Part shown: piece after piece, positions 38,457 to 48,308 of the stretch | Layout: each line of letters begins with the position of its first letter | Position numbering within the stretch: the stretch's first letter is position 1 | Source of the DNA: a virus | Direction: 5' to 3' (one strand) | DNA: 64,000 bases | IMG/VR virus record: IMGVR_UViG_3300021090_000013 | Span: 1 to 64,000 of that record | The notes under the pieces: generated by a model | What the model was told of the DNA's origin: nothing | Seen by the model: only the letters and a program-made list of their open reading frames with translations | Databases searched by the model: none | Made by a program: the position numbers and the translations under genes

Positions 38457-40250
38457 TTGGCAATCGGACTTCGAGGCGTTGCGACTCAGACGGCATGGTC
38501 GAGCGCGACCCCTTCGCCCACGCTCAACTTCCCAGCCGGCGTAGCCCAGGGAGACCTCCTCCTCGCGTTCTTCACGACGAACAGTGCGCATAACGGAGCC
38601 GCCTCGATCGTCTCCGGCTCCTGGACGTGGACTAAGATCGTCGAAGTAGACGACGGCGGGGCGGACAGCACCAGCTCTCTCTACTGGGCCATCGCGCCGG
38701 CAACTCCTGGCACGTCCTTCGCGTTCACGAGCGTGTTCGACGCGACCGAGACCGGCATGGGCGTCATCGTCGCCCTGACCGGACTCTTCGGCGCGACTAG
38801 CATCCACAAGTTCTCGGGGATTGAGCGGACCGTCGCAGCAGCTGGTCTCGCGACGAGCACGGCGACGGTCCAGACGGTCGACAACTGCCTGATCATTCAG
38901 TTCATCGGGTCAGACCCCGGGACGGGAGCGTACTCCTCGACGCCCGACGCGAGCCCGGTGGGCACCGAGACATTCGATGCGAAGGAAAGCACCGGCGGGT
39001 CGCTCGCGTATACGTACATTCAGCGCTACCAGCAGACGACGGCCGCCTCTCTTGCTCTCGATGCGACGATGGCGACGGCGGACGAGTACCAAGTCATCCA
39101 GGTTGCCATCTGTGAGCAGGCGACCGTCTACACCGAGACGGGCCTGGCCATCGCCGCAGCGGCGACGGTCACCCTCAGCGACCTGGAGCGCTACAAGGAC
39201 CTCGCGCTGGCCGTGGGGGCGGTGGGCGTGGTGTCCGTGGCTGACGTCGAGCACTATCGGCAGATCGGGCTCGCCGTGCCCGTCTCCGCGCTCGTGACCG
39301 CGGCCGCGGCGCAGCACTTCCTGGACACGGGCCTACCGATCCCCGTCACCGGCACGATCAGCGGGAGCGACGCCAAGAAGTACGCCGAGCAAGGGCTCCA
39401 GATCACAGCCGTGGGCACCGTCGCGGAGGCCGACCTCCAGCACTTCAGGGACGCGGGCCTGGCAGTGAGCGCAGCCGGTACGGTGTCTCTGACGGACGCG
39501 CTCCACGCTCTCGACCTCGGGCTGCCCGTCACCATCGTCGGCACCGCGAGCGTCTCCGACAAGGAGCATTACCAGGACCTGGCCCTGGCCGTGCCCGCCG
39601 CCGCCGTCCTCTCCGCGGCTGTCGCGCAGCACTACCAGGAGTTGGGCCTGCCGATCACGGCGGCAGTGACAGCGGCCTTGACAGACGTCGAGCACTATAA
39701 GGACACGGCCCTCGGGGTGAGCGTCGCGGCTGTGGTGAGCCTGGCCTCTGAGGTCTTCCACGGCTCGTACCCGCAGGAGTTCGTCGCCCTGACCGCGGTC
39801 GCATCGACCGCCGTGACCGACCTCCAGCACTACCTGGAGGCGAGCCTACCGGTGAGCGCGCAGGCGGTCTTGGCGGCCGTGGACAAGGAGCACTACCAGG
39901 ATGCGATGCAGGTCCTGATCGCAGCCACCCTTGGCGCGTCGGACGCCCAGCACTGGGGGGAGGCCCTCGAAGCGCTGGCGACTGGCCAGGTGCTGCTGAC
40001 CGACGCGCAGCGCTACAAGGAGGTCGGGCTCCTCGTCTCCGCGGTGGCAACCATCGGCGTCGTGGACGTGAAGCGCCTGGCACGGCTCGGCCTGCCCATG
40101 GTGATCTTCACCACGCCTCCCGTTGAGCGCACCTTCCAGGCGCCATCCGTTCCGGCGTTCGACTGTTCGAGCGTCGAGCGAGTCTTTCTAGCGCCGAAGG
40201 CACACCGGACGTTCGATGCTCCCGCCGTGCAAAGAGTCTTTGGAGGTTGA
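38457..40250 (+). CDS. putative fibre protein with about 15 21-aa repeats
   Basis: N-terminal PAGVAQGDLLLAF domain, then [EQ]HY.D.GL.V...D repeats; TTG start. Confidence 0.7.
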   Translation: MAIGLRGVATQTAWSSATPSPTLNFPAGVAQGDLLLAFFTTNSAHNGAASIVSGSWTWTKIVEVDDGGADSTSSLYWAIAPATPGTSFAFTSVFDATETGMGVIVALTGLFGATSIHKFSGIERTVAAAGLATSTATVQTVDNCLIIQFIGSDPGTGAYSSTPDASPVGTETFDAKESTGGSLAYTYIQRYQQTTAASLALDATMATADEYQVIQVAICEQATVYTETGLAIAAAATVTLSDLERYKDLALAVGAVGVVSVADVEHYRQIGLAVPVSALVTAAAAQHFLDTGLPIPVTGTISGSDAKKYAEQGLQITAVGTVAEADLQHFRDAGLAVSAAGTVSLTDALHALDLGLPVTIVGTASVSDKEHYQDLALAVPAAAVLSAAVAQHYQELGLPITAAVTAALTDVEHYKDTALGVSVAAVVSLASEVFHGSYPQEFVALTAVASTAVTDLQHYLEASLPVSAQAVLAAVDKEHYQDAMQVLIAATLGASDAQHWGEALEALATGQVLLTDAQRYKEVGLLVSAVATIGVVDVKRLARLGLPMVIFTTPPVERTFQAPSVPAFDCSSVERVFLAPKAHRTFDAPAVQRVFGG

Positions 40251-40251
40251 G

Positions 40252-40986
40252 ATGACCAAGATGCAGAAGGGGATCGCCGCCGTAATCGCCGGCCTAGGCC
40301 TGATCCTGGGCGGCGCTGGCCTCGTGAAGTGGGGGGTTGGCACGATCCGGGAGGAGCTTCGCACCAAGGCGAAGGCCTACACCATCGGGCACGACAAGCA
40401 GAGCGATGTGGCCCGTCCGGTGCAGCTCGCATCGGTGCAGGAGACCGGCATCTGGACCCTCACCTGGCGTGACGCCCAGGGCCACGTCAAGGCCACCGAG
40501 GTCCTGCACAACACGCTCAGCCGAGTCGCCGACCAGAGGATGCTGGAGCTTCAGTTCAGGGGAGGGGCGGCCCCGGGGGCCAGCTACTATATCGGCCTGG
40601 CCGATGCTTCGAACCCGTGCTCCATCACCAAGGTGGACAGCACCGCGACCGCCTGGACAGGTGAGCCCGTTGCGAACGGCTATGCCCGCGTGGCGGTGAG
40701 CAAGGATTCGACCGGCTTCCCCACTTCGGCGGCCTCCTCGAACGACTGGCACCTCATCAGCAAGGTGGTGACCTTCACGAGCACGGGAACGATAGGTCCG
40801 GTGAACTGCGCCCTCTTGAGCGACCAGGCGAGCGGTACGGCGGGGGACTGGCACGCCTGGGTTGCCCTCAGCCAGGCGAGGACAATGGCCAACGGGGAGA
40901 GCCTCGACGTCTCGATGGACATCACCCTGGCCTACCTGGGGCTCGACCAGCTCGACACGTACGCGCTGCTGCTGCCGCCCCAGTAG
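40252..40986 (+). CDS. putative fibre-associated structural protein
   Basis: YIGL...EP..NGYARVAV...VTF pattern; N-terminal hydrophobic helix. Confidence 0.7.
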   Translation: MTKMQKGIAAVIAGLGLILGGAGLVKWGVGTIREELRTKAKAYTIGHDKQSDVARPVQLASVQETGIWTLTWRDAQGHVKATEVLHNTLSRVADQRMLELQFRGGAAPGASYYIGLADASNPCSITKVDSTATAWTGEPVANGYARVAVSKDSTGFPTSAASSNDWHLISKVVTFTSTGTIGPVNCALLSDQASGTAGDWHAWVALSQARTMANGESLDVSMDITLAYLGLDQLDTYALLLPPQ

Positions 40987-40998
40987 CAGGAGGGATCT

Positions 40999-41313
40999 AT
41001 GGCTCTGGCAGCCAAGCCCGACTTCTCGATGGCCAAGCGCTCAATAGAGAGCGTGCGTCGCGCCATCGACTTCACGCGCGTGCTGGAGTCGGGGGATTCG
41101 CTGGCGAGCGTGAGCGTCACGGCCACAGACGAGGCTGGAGCAGACGTGTCTACCGACCTGGTTGCGTCCCCCAATCCCACGGGAACCAAGGCGGTCTGGA
41201 CCCTCCTCGGCTGGGGCACGCTGGGCGCCAGCTACGACGTGCTGATCGTCGCGACAACGGACCAAGGCGACGTGCTGCCAAGGGTGGTGCGGGTGAGGAT
41301 CGAGGGCCTGTGA
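40999..41313 (+). CDS. fibre-tail adaptor-like protein
   Basis: K...E....IDF...L.SGDSL.S...G.SY.V...ATT.QG pattern. Confidence 0.65.
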   Translation: MALAAKPDFSMAKRSIESVRRAIDFTRVLESGDSLASVSVTATDEAGADVSTDLVASPNPTGTKAVWTLLGWGTLGASYDVLIVATTDQGDVLPRVVRVRIEGL

Positions 41314-41549
41314 TGGCGAGGCGGTACCCCGGAGCGTGCGGTCGTTGTCGACTTAGGCCGCCCATGAGGCAGGGGGGCGAGAGGGCAAAGCCCACCGGGG
41401 TGGAGGGGGGGCACGACAACAAAACGCGTTTGCTCTTATCTTCTCGTCGCCGCCTAACGTCGGAGGCTCCTGGCTTCCACCGCCAAAGGGCGGGTCAAAC
41501 GGGCGCGATTCCTCCCTCCCTTTCGTCCAACCCCTAGGGGGTCAAGGCT

Positions 41550-42125
41550 TTGCGAGGAGCCCCCAAACGGCAGAAGCGCTCGCCCACCGCCAAGGCGAAG
41601 CGCAAGCCAGCGCGGCGGAAGGGCCGGGGGCTCAAGGCCGGCCAACCTGCAGGCCTGGTGACGCGTGCCGAGGCTGCGGCCGCGCTTGGCGTGGAGCCGA
41701 ACCGGATCAACAAGTGGGCGGCTGACGGCGCTCCCATAGCCAAGCGCGGGAGCCGTGGGCATTCGGCCTACTACGACCTCGACGCCCTGCGGGCCTGGCG
41801 GGACGCACGACAGCCCCCCAATCGTGATCCAGGCCTGAGTTTGGGCGCGGCGCGGGCCCGTGCGGCTGAAGCCCAGGCCGTCAAATGGGAGCGCGAGAAC
41901 GAGCTGCGCGCTGGCCAACTCCTCGAGCGCGCTGCGGTGGTGGCGGAGGGGCAAGCGATCCTGGCGGCGCTCAAGTCTCGGCTGCTGTCGCTGCCGCGGC
42001 AGGCCGTGATGCGCGGGGTGATTCAGCGAGAGACGGAGCCGGCCCTCCATGCCTTGGTGGTCGAGGCGCTCAGAGAGCTGAGGCGCTGGACGGTAGGCGG
42101 GGAGCCGATGGAGGCCTCCGCGTGA
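41550..42125 (+). CDS. terS: terminase small subunit, Nu1-like
   Basis: wHTH VTRAEAAAALGVEPNRINKWAADGAP...YDL plus coiled coil; precedes GpA; start uncertain. Confidence 0.85.
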   Translation: MRGAPKRQKRSPTAKAKRKPARRKGRGLKAGQPAGLVTRAEAAAALGVEPNRINKWAADGAPIAKRGSRGHSAYYDLDALRAWRDARQPPNRDPGLSLGAARARAAEAQAVKWERENELRAGQLLERAAVVAEGQAILAALKSRLLSLPRQAVMRGVIQRETEPALHALVVEALRELRRWTVGGEPMEASA

Positions 42126-44023
42126 GCACGCCCGCGCTCGCCGCCGACTGGTTGTCTGCCCTCGAACCGCCGCCCAACCTCAAGGTCAGCGAGTGGGCCG
42201 AAAAATACCGGATGCTTCCGGAAGCGAGTGCGGCCCGGGGCGGGAAGTGGGCGAACGAGACGGCGCCGTACCTCGTCGGGATCATGGATGCCGCGCGCGA
42301 GCCGGGGGTCCGCAAGATTGCCGTGATGAAGGGCGTCCAGACGGGCGGCTCGGAGGCACTGAACAACATCATCGGCTACCACATCCACCACGACCCTTGT
42401 CCGATGCTCGTCATCCACCCGGCCGTCGACGTCGCCGAGCAGTACTCGAAGGAACGGCTGTCCGACATGATCCGCTCCACCCCGGAGCTCGCCGCGGTCG
42501 TCCGTGACAAGGCGCAACCGAGGACGGTCGCCCAGCAATCAGAGAGCACCTTGACGATGAAGATGTTCCCAGGCGGCTTCATCATCCTGGGTGGGGCCAA
42601 TAGCCCGAACCCGTTCGCCCGCAGCTCCGTCCGCATCGGCCTTGGGGATGACGTCGATCGCTGGCCCGCAGTGGTCGGAGTCGAGGGAGACCCCGTCGAC
42701 CTTCTGAGCAACCGGGGCACGAGCTTCTATGACGCGGTGACGATCTACGTCTCCACGCCCACGCTCAAGGGCGGGCGGATTGACACGCTCTACTCCATGA
42801 GTGATCGCCGTCGCTACTTCGTACCCTGCCCGCACTGCGGACGATGGGATTGGATGACCTGGAATGCCCCCGACCACCTCAGGGTGAGCTACGAAGGCGA
42901 GGATGCGGACAGCGCTCGGCTTGAGTGCCCCAGCGCGGACCACGGCGGCTGTGGGGGCCAGATGCTCGAGCCGGAGCGCAGGGCGATGGTCGCCCGAGGC
43001 GAGTGGCGCGCTACGGCCCAGGCCCAGGAGCCGGGCCTCGCTGGGTTCCATCTTCCGGCCATGGTCTCGACCCTGGGGGACGTCACGCTCCCTGGCCTTG
43101 TCTCGAAGTGGTTGTCGGCCAGGTCGCGCGGCAAGGAAGCGCTGCGTGTCTTCATCAACACCAGCCTCGCGGAAGGGTGGGAGCATCGAGGGGCCACGCT
43201 CGATTCGCATACGTTGTTGAATCGGCGCGAACCGTACGGCGAGGGGGTCGAGGTCCCAGCGGCAGTGCCCTGCCTGACAGCGGGAGTCGACGTCCAGATC
43301 GATCGCTACGAACTCCAGGTCGTGGGCTGGGGCCTCTTCGGAGAGCGGTGGGTAGTCGACACTGGGGTAGTGCCCGGCAACCCGAAGGCCCCCGAGACCC
43401 AGGCCGGGCTTCTGGAGGCCCTGAGCCGTCGGTATCACCACGCCTCCGGCCACTGGCTGCCCATTCACGCCGTCTGCATCGACTCGGGCTGGCTGCCGGA
43501 GCACGTCTATGCCTTCGCCGCGCGTCATCGCCACCGGCACTTCTATGCGACGAAAGGGATCGGCGGCAAGCGCGGAGAGCCTATCTTGCTGAACGCCATC
43601 ACCAAGGTCCCGATCAACGTGAACGCCGACGGCGCCAAGGCAGACATCATGAGCAGCATCGGCTTGGTGGCGCCCGGGCCCGGCTACATGCACTTCCCTG
43701 AACGGGTCGACGAGGAATACTTCGCCCAGCTCTGCTCGGAGCATTCAGAGACGAGGAAGAACAAGGCGGGCGTCGTCACCGAGGAAATCTGGATCCAGGA
43801 CCGGACCAGGAACGAGGCTCTCGATACCGCCGTCCTGGCCCTCGCGGCCTTCCGGATTCTAGCCAAGGGGAAGGAAAACGATTTCCTGAGGAACATGCTG
43901 GCCATCCTGGCATCGACTCCGCCGGCCCCCGGTGGTGACGGTCAGGTACCACCGCCGCAGGCGGCCCCCCAGCCAGCAGGACAGCAACGGCGAGTCGGGA
44001 GGTCTTCCTACCTTGGGCGCTGA
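42122..44023 (+). CDS. terL: terminase large subunit, lambda GpA family
   Basis: PPPNLKVSEWAEKYR, MKGVQTGGSE, STPT, PCPHCG, AGVDVQ, IDSG, RNEALD motifs. Confidence 0.95.
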   Translation: MSTPALAADWLSALEPPPNLKVSEWAEKYRMLPEASAARGGKWANETAPYLVGIMDAAREPGVRKIAVMKGVQTGGSEALNNIIGYHIHHDPCPMLVIHPAVDVAEQYSKERLSDMIRSTPELAAVVRDKAQPRTVAQQSESTLTMKMFPGGFIILGGANSPNPFARSSVRIGLGDDVDRWPAVVGVEGDPVDLLSNRGTSFYDAVTIYVSTPTLKGGRIDTLYSMSDRRRYFVPCPHCGRWDWMTWNAPDHLRVSYEGEDADSARLECPSADHGGCGGQMLEPERRAMVARGEWRATAQAQEPGLAGFHLPAMVSTLGDVTLPGLVSKWLSARSRGKEALRVFINTSLAEGWEHRGATLDSHTLLNRREPYGEGVEVPAAVPCLTAGVDVQIDRYELQVVGWGLFGERWVVDTGVVPGNPKAPETQAGLLEALSRRYHHASGHWLPIHAVCIDSGWLPEHVYAFAARHRHRHFYATKGIGGKRGEPILLNAITKVPINVNADGAKADIMSSIGLVAPGPGYMHFPERVDEEYFAQLCSEHSETRKNKAGVVTEEIWIQDRTRNEALDTAVLALAAFRILAKGKENDFLRNMLAILASTPPAPGGDGQVPPPQAAPQPAGQQRRVGRSSYLGR

Positions 44024-44699
44024 GATCGCCCTCGTGACGGCGAACATGGGCGGCCTCGACCCGCTCTTCGCCCTGCCGCCACACCCGGGCGTCGACGCCT
44101 TCTACTACACCGACCGGCCAGATGCGGTGCCAAGCGGATGGACCGGGTCCTTTGTGGTGGGAGATGGAAACCCGCGACTGCTCGCCAAGCGCTTCAAGTG
44201 CCAGGCCCACCGGCTCGCCGAGGTTCAGGGCTGCCGCTGGCTGGCGTGGGCGGACGCCAGCTTCGAGTTCCGCTCGCTCGACTTCCTGCATGCGTGGGCC
44301 GCGCTCGCAGGCGACGAGGGCGCTTGCGCCGTGTTAGTCCCGCACCCGGACCGGGGGACGGTGGCGGAAGAGTACGCCTACGTGCTGCGGCAGATCGCGG
44401 GTGGGAATAAGTACCTGAGCAGCCGGTACTCAGCGGAGGTGCTCAGGTGCGAACGCGCGCACTTCAGCCGTACGCACGAGCTCGAGAAGCTCCGGCTGTG
44501 GGCCGGCGGGATGTGGCTCTTCGCCAACGTGCCGCGCACGCACGAGTTCCTCAACTCTTGGTGGGACTGCGTGCTGCGGTTCTCGATCCTCGACCAGACG
44601 TCTATGTCGCCTCTGCTGGCAGATCACGGGATCGAGCCGGTCGCCTTCAGCGGGAACCTCTACGACAACCAGCACTGGGTGAGGCACCCGCACCCATGA
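44013..44699 (+). CDS. glycosyltransferase-like protein (DUF616/TOD1-MUCI70-like)
   Basis: VTANMGGLD, YTD, NPRLLAKRFK, WADAS, HPDR, DQTS motifs; GGAGG RBS before TTG. Confidence 0.75.
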   Translation: MGAEIALVTANMGGLDPLFALPPHPGVDAFYYTDRPDAVPSGWTGSFVVGDGNPRLLAKRFKCQAHRLAEVQGCRWLAWADASFEFRSLDFLHAWAALAGDEGACAVLVPHPDRGTVAEEYAYVLRQIAGGNKYLSSRYSAEVLRCERAHFSRTHELEKLRLWAGGMWLFANVPRTHEFLNSWWDCVLRFSILDQTSMSPLLADHGIEPVAFSGNLYDNQHWVRHPHP

Positions 44700-45238
44700 A
44701 CAAGCTTCTACTTTGTGCAGGTCCCACGCGCCCCGCAGGGTTCGTGCGACTGGACTCCAACCCCGCGCACGAGCCGGACATCCTCGCAGAGATCCCGCCG
44801 CTACCGGAGGAGGTGCGGGCCACCAGGTGGGACGTCGTCGAGCTGGTACATGGGATCGAACACTTCTGGCCATGGGATGCTGGGCCGCTCCTCCAGGAGA
44901 TTCACGAGGCGCTGCGCCCGGGAGGGGTGCTGGTGCTGGAGCAACCCAACGCCATCGTCGGAGCGCGAGCCCTGCTCGGATTCCAGGAGATGCCCGGTGC
45001 CCCTCGCGCGGACGGCCCCACCACCCTCACGGGAGTCGACAACTCCGAGGGCATGTGGTCCCTCTACGGAGATCCCAATCACCGCGACCCTGGCTATATG
45101 CACCGTTGGACATACAGCCCCGTGTCCCTCACGGCCTTGCTCCGCAGCGTCGCGCCCTGGTCCTCGATCGAGGCTCGCCCGCAGCAGTACCACACGTACG
45201 CCCGCGGCCGGGACTTCCGGCTGGAGGCCGTCCGGTGA
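44696..45238 (+). CDS. class I SAM-dependent methyltransferase
   Basis: HGIEH...EIHEALRPGGVLVLEQPN; degenerate motif I. Confidence 0.75.
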   Translation: MNKLLLCAGPTRPAGFVRLDSNPAHEPDILAEIPPLPEEVRATRWDVVELVHGIEHFWPWDAGPLLQEIHEALRPGGVLVLEQPNAIVGARALLGFQEMPGAPRADGPTTLTGVDNSEGMWSLYGDPNHRDPGYMHRWTYSPVSLTALLRSVAPWSSIEARPQQYHTYARGRDFRLEAVR

Positions 45239-45888
45239 TCCTTACGGCTGTGCCTTACGCCGACGACATGAACCTCGGTCAAGCCTACAACGAGACCTTC
45301 GACCTCGTGGGGCCGGATGACTGGGTGGCGCTTCTCGATCACGATCTATTCTTCACGACCCCGGTGTGGCACCGGCAGCTCCGGGAGGCGGCTGCGGCCG
45401 AGCCGGAGGGGTGCTTCACCGCCATCACCAACCGCATGGCGAACCGGTGGCAGGTCGCACCGGAGGCGGCCGGGGCGGTCGTTCGTGCTGCGAACGGGTC
45501 CATTTCCAGGAGGGGCGAGGACAGCGTCGCCCACCACAGGAGGGTGGGTACGGAGCGGTTGAAGACGCGCACCCTGTTGGACGTGACGGAGACGCAGGGC
45601 TGGGGAGGCGTGCTGATGCTGATCAGCAAGCGGGCCTGGCTGGATGCTGGCGGCTTCGTCGACGGCCTCTTGTGCGTGGATCATGTTTTTCACTACGCGT
45701 TACGCGCTGCCGGCCGGAAGGTCTGGCTCATCGAAGGGCTCTATGTCTTCCACTGGCGTGGGACAAGCGGAGGGCCGCGCCCGCCGGGCCCAGAGATCCC
45801 GCGTGCTAGCGACCCACGGACCGGAAACGGCTGCCCCTGCCGGACGATCCCGCACGGCGATCCGAAGGTGCGGAGGCGGCTGCCGTGA
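45235..45888 (+). CDS. GT-A fold glycosyltransferase, paralog 1
   Basis: NLGQAYN, WVALLDHD (DxD), GGF, GLYVFHW. Confidence 0.75.
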   Translation: MILTAVPYADDMNLGQAYNETFDLVGPDDWVALLDHDLFFTTPVWHRQLREAAAAEPEGCFTAITNRMANRWQVAPEAAGAVVRAANGSISRRGEDSVAHHRRVGTERLKTRTLLDVTETQGWGGVLMLISKRAWLDAGGFVDGLLCVDHVFHYALRAAGRKVWLIEGLYVFHWRGTSGGPRPPGPEIPRASDPRTGNGCPCRTIPHGDPKVRRRLP

Positions 45889-46727
45889 TCCTTTGCGCCG
45901 TCCCGTTTGCCGGAGAGGTCTACTTCCTGGCGGATCCGCGCGCTCCGAACGCGCCGCGGTATGTCGGTAAGACTTCTCGCGGCCTGACCCGGAGACTTTA
46001 CGGGCACCTTGCGAGCGCTCGTCATGGCGGAAGGGCCCATCGGGATCGTTGGGTTAGCTCGCTCCTGTTGGTCGGACTGTCTCCGGCGATCTGCCGTTTG
46101 TCGGTGGCATGGACCGAGGAGCAACTTAATACACAGGAGCGCGCTTGGATTGACGGATATCGCGCGGCCGGCGTCCTCCTTTGCAATCTCACCGACGGGG
46201 GAGATGGAACCCTTGGCCATTCTCCATCTCCTGAGGCACGGGCCAAGAAGTCCGCCGCGCTGATTGGGCGGAAACGTCCACCAGAAGTGTGCTCGAAAAT
46301 CGGAGATTCCAAGCGCGGCCGAGTCCTTTCGCCTGAGCACCGAGCCAAATTGAGCGTTGCCGGTCGCGGGCGGACGAGGACGTTTTCTCTGGGGCACCGA
46401 GCGAAGTTGAGCGCTCGCCAGACCGGCCGCAGCCTTTCCGCCGAGCATCGAGCGAACATCGGAGCGGGCCTTAGGCAGGCGTGGGCTCGGCCAGAAGTGA
46501 AAGCGAACCGTATCGCCGCACAACGCGCGACGGACCCAGAGGCGAGAAGGCGCAGCGCTTTGATTGCAGCAGCGGCATCTAACCAACCTGAGGCGCGCGC
46601 TCGCCGGGCCATGGCCATAAGGGTCGCGCTGGCCGACCCGGACGTGAGGCTGCGACGGAACGCCTTGACAAGTCTGGCCCTCAAGGCGGCGTGGGCCCGG
46701 CGAAAGGCCGCGGGTACTGCGTCGTGA
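45885..46727 (+). CDS. GIY-YIG/NUMOD3 homing endonuclease
   Basis: VYFL.DPR...RYVGKT...RL..H, NLTDGGDG, repeated SPEHRAKLS NUMOD3-like units; lower GC. Confidence 0.85.
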   Translation: MILCAVPFAGEVYFLADPRAPNAPRYVGKTSRGLTRRLYGHLASARHGGRAHRDRWVSSLLLVGLSPAICRLSVAWTEEQLNTQERAWIDGYRAAGVLLCNLTDGGDGTLGHSPSPEARAKKSAALIGRKRPPEVCSKIGDSKRGRVLSPEHRAKLSVAGRGRTRTFSLGHRAKLSARQTGRSLSAEHRANIGAGLRQAWARPEVKANRIAAQRATDPEARRRSALIAAAASNQPEARARRAMAIRVALADPDVRLRRNALTSLALKAAWARRKAAGTAS

Positions 46728-47308
46728 TCTTTACGATGACGCCTTTCGCAATAGACATGAACTACGGGAGAGCCTGCAACGAGTTCATGGGGCTACTTCC
46801 AGACGATGGGTGGGGCTGCATAATCGATCACGACGCGATGTTCACGACGCGGGCCTGGTTCCGCCAGATCGAGGAAGCGATCGACTTCCGTCCCGACGCC
46901 GGCGCCTTCACGGCGGTGAGCAACCGGATCGCCCGCCGTTGGCAGCAGGCCGGGAACAAGGACAGCCACGACATTGTGCAGCACCGTCGCTTCGGTGCGG
47001 CCCGCCTCAAGACCCGCACGCTGCTCGACATCACCAACACGCACGGGTTCGGCGGCGTCGTGATCGTGATCAGCAAGAAGGCGTGGCGCCAGGTCGGGGG
47101 CTTCGTCGACGGGATGCTCTGCGTTGACCATCGGATGCACTTCGCGCTCCGCGAGGCCGGGCGCCGCGTTTGGCTGATCGAGGGTCTTTTCGTCTACCAC
47201 TGGCGGCGGGCCCAGGGCGACGGCCCGCCGGCGAATGCGCCACGCGCGGCCGGGTGCCCCTGTCGCGGTACCGAGAGCATGCCCACCGTGAGGGTGGCCC
47301 TTCCATGA
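46724..47308 (+). CDS. GT-A fold glycosyltransferase, paralog 2
   Basis: NYGRACN, IIDHD, RLKTRTLLD, GGFVDG.LCVDH shared with paralog 1. Confidence 0.75.
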   Translation: MIFTMTPFAIDMNYGRACNEFMGLLPDDGWGCIIDHDAMFTTRAWFRQIEEAIDFRPDAGAFTAVSNRIARRWQQAGNKDSHDIVQHRRFGAARLKTRTLLDITNTHGFGGVVIVISKKAWRQVGGFVDGMLCVDHRMHFALREAGRRVWLIEGLFVYHWRRAQGDGPPANAPRAAGCPCRGTESMPTVRVALP

Positions 47309-48045
47309 CGCGCCTCGTCTCCTGCTACTTTGGCGGCGAGGATTGGAACCGCATGGCCAGGGTGCTGGAGTTCGGCGCGCGCCGTCACTGCCCAGGATGG
47401 GACGTCGACGTTCGCAGGATCGACCCGCCTCGGCCGACCCACTCCCTGTCCGCGAACAAGGTCGGCAACACCCGCAAGCTCGACTGGTGGGCCGAGCAGG
47501 TGCAGGCGGCGTCGGACGGCGCGCAGCTCCTGCTCATCGACACCGACACCATGATCCTCGGCCCCCTCGATGCCGCCTGGGGCGAGAGCTTCGATCTTGC
47601 CTACACCTTCCGGGACGGCCAGGTGACCGGGCGGTTTCCTCTGAACGCGGGCGTCATCTTCCTGCGCGTATCGGATCGTGTGCGGGCCTTCATGGGCCGC
47701 TGGCGCGAGGAGAACCGGCTGATGCTGGCGGATCCTCGGCGGCACGCGCCTTGGTATAGGCGTTTCGGTGGAATGAACCAGTCGGCCCTGGGGAAGCTCC
47801 TCACCGAGGGCGCGGACAGGGCGCTTGGAGTCCAACTCGGACGCCTACCTTGTTCCAGGTGGAACGCCGAGAACACGACCTGGGAGCGATTCGACCCCGC
47901 GACGACGCGGATCGTCCACCTCAAGAACGGCTTGCGCCTGGCCGCGCTGGCGAAGGCTGCCAACGCCCCCAGGTTCAAGCCGCTGGTCCGACTCTGGCGC
48001 GGCCTGGAGCGGGAGGCGCTTGCCGCCCAGGGGTCCACCGCGTGA
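47305..48045 (+). CDS. nucleotide-diphospho-sugar transferase-like protein
   Basis: LLIDTD (DxD), NAGVIFLR, NQ.AL, LPC..WN, IVHLK motifs. Confidence 0.75.
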   Translation: MTRLVSCYFGGEDWNRMARVLEFGARRHCPGWDVDVRRIDPPRPTHSLSANKVGNTRKLDWWAEQVQAASDGAQLLLIDTDTMILGPLDAAWGESFDLAYTFRDGQVTGRFPLNAGVIFLRVSDRVRAFMGRWREENRLMLADPRRHAPWYRRFGGMNQSALGKLLTEGADRALGVQLGRLPCSRWNAENTTWERFDPATTRIVHLKNGLRLAALAKAANAPRFKPLVRLWRGLEREALAAQGSTA

Positions 48046-48308
48046 GCGCGAAGCTCTGGTTCACGGTCCACGAGGTCGCCCTGCTGCTACACATCGCCAG
48101 ACGGACAGTCCGCCGGCTGATCGAGCCGCATCGCGAGCGCTGCCACCTGGCACGCCAGGGACGCCATCCAAGACTCGTGCTGTGGGTTCCGTCTTCGGTT
48201 GTGGGGGAGCTGCGCCGGGAGCGGCGGGCCATGTGGCGGGGGCGGTTCGTCAGTCCCGCAGATCAACTCGCTCTACAGGAAACCCCTGTCAAGCCCTTTT
48301 CACCGTAG
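48042..48308 (+). CDS. HTH DNA-binding protein (possible late activator)
   Basis: FTVHEVALLLHIARRTVRR. Confidence 0.7.
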   Translation: MSAKLWFTVHEVALLLHIARRTVRRLIEPHRERCHLARQGRHPRLVLWVPSSVVGELRRERRAMWRGRFVSPADQLALQETPVKPFSP

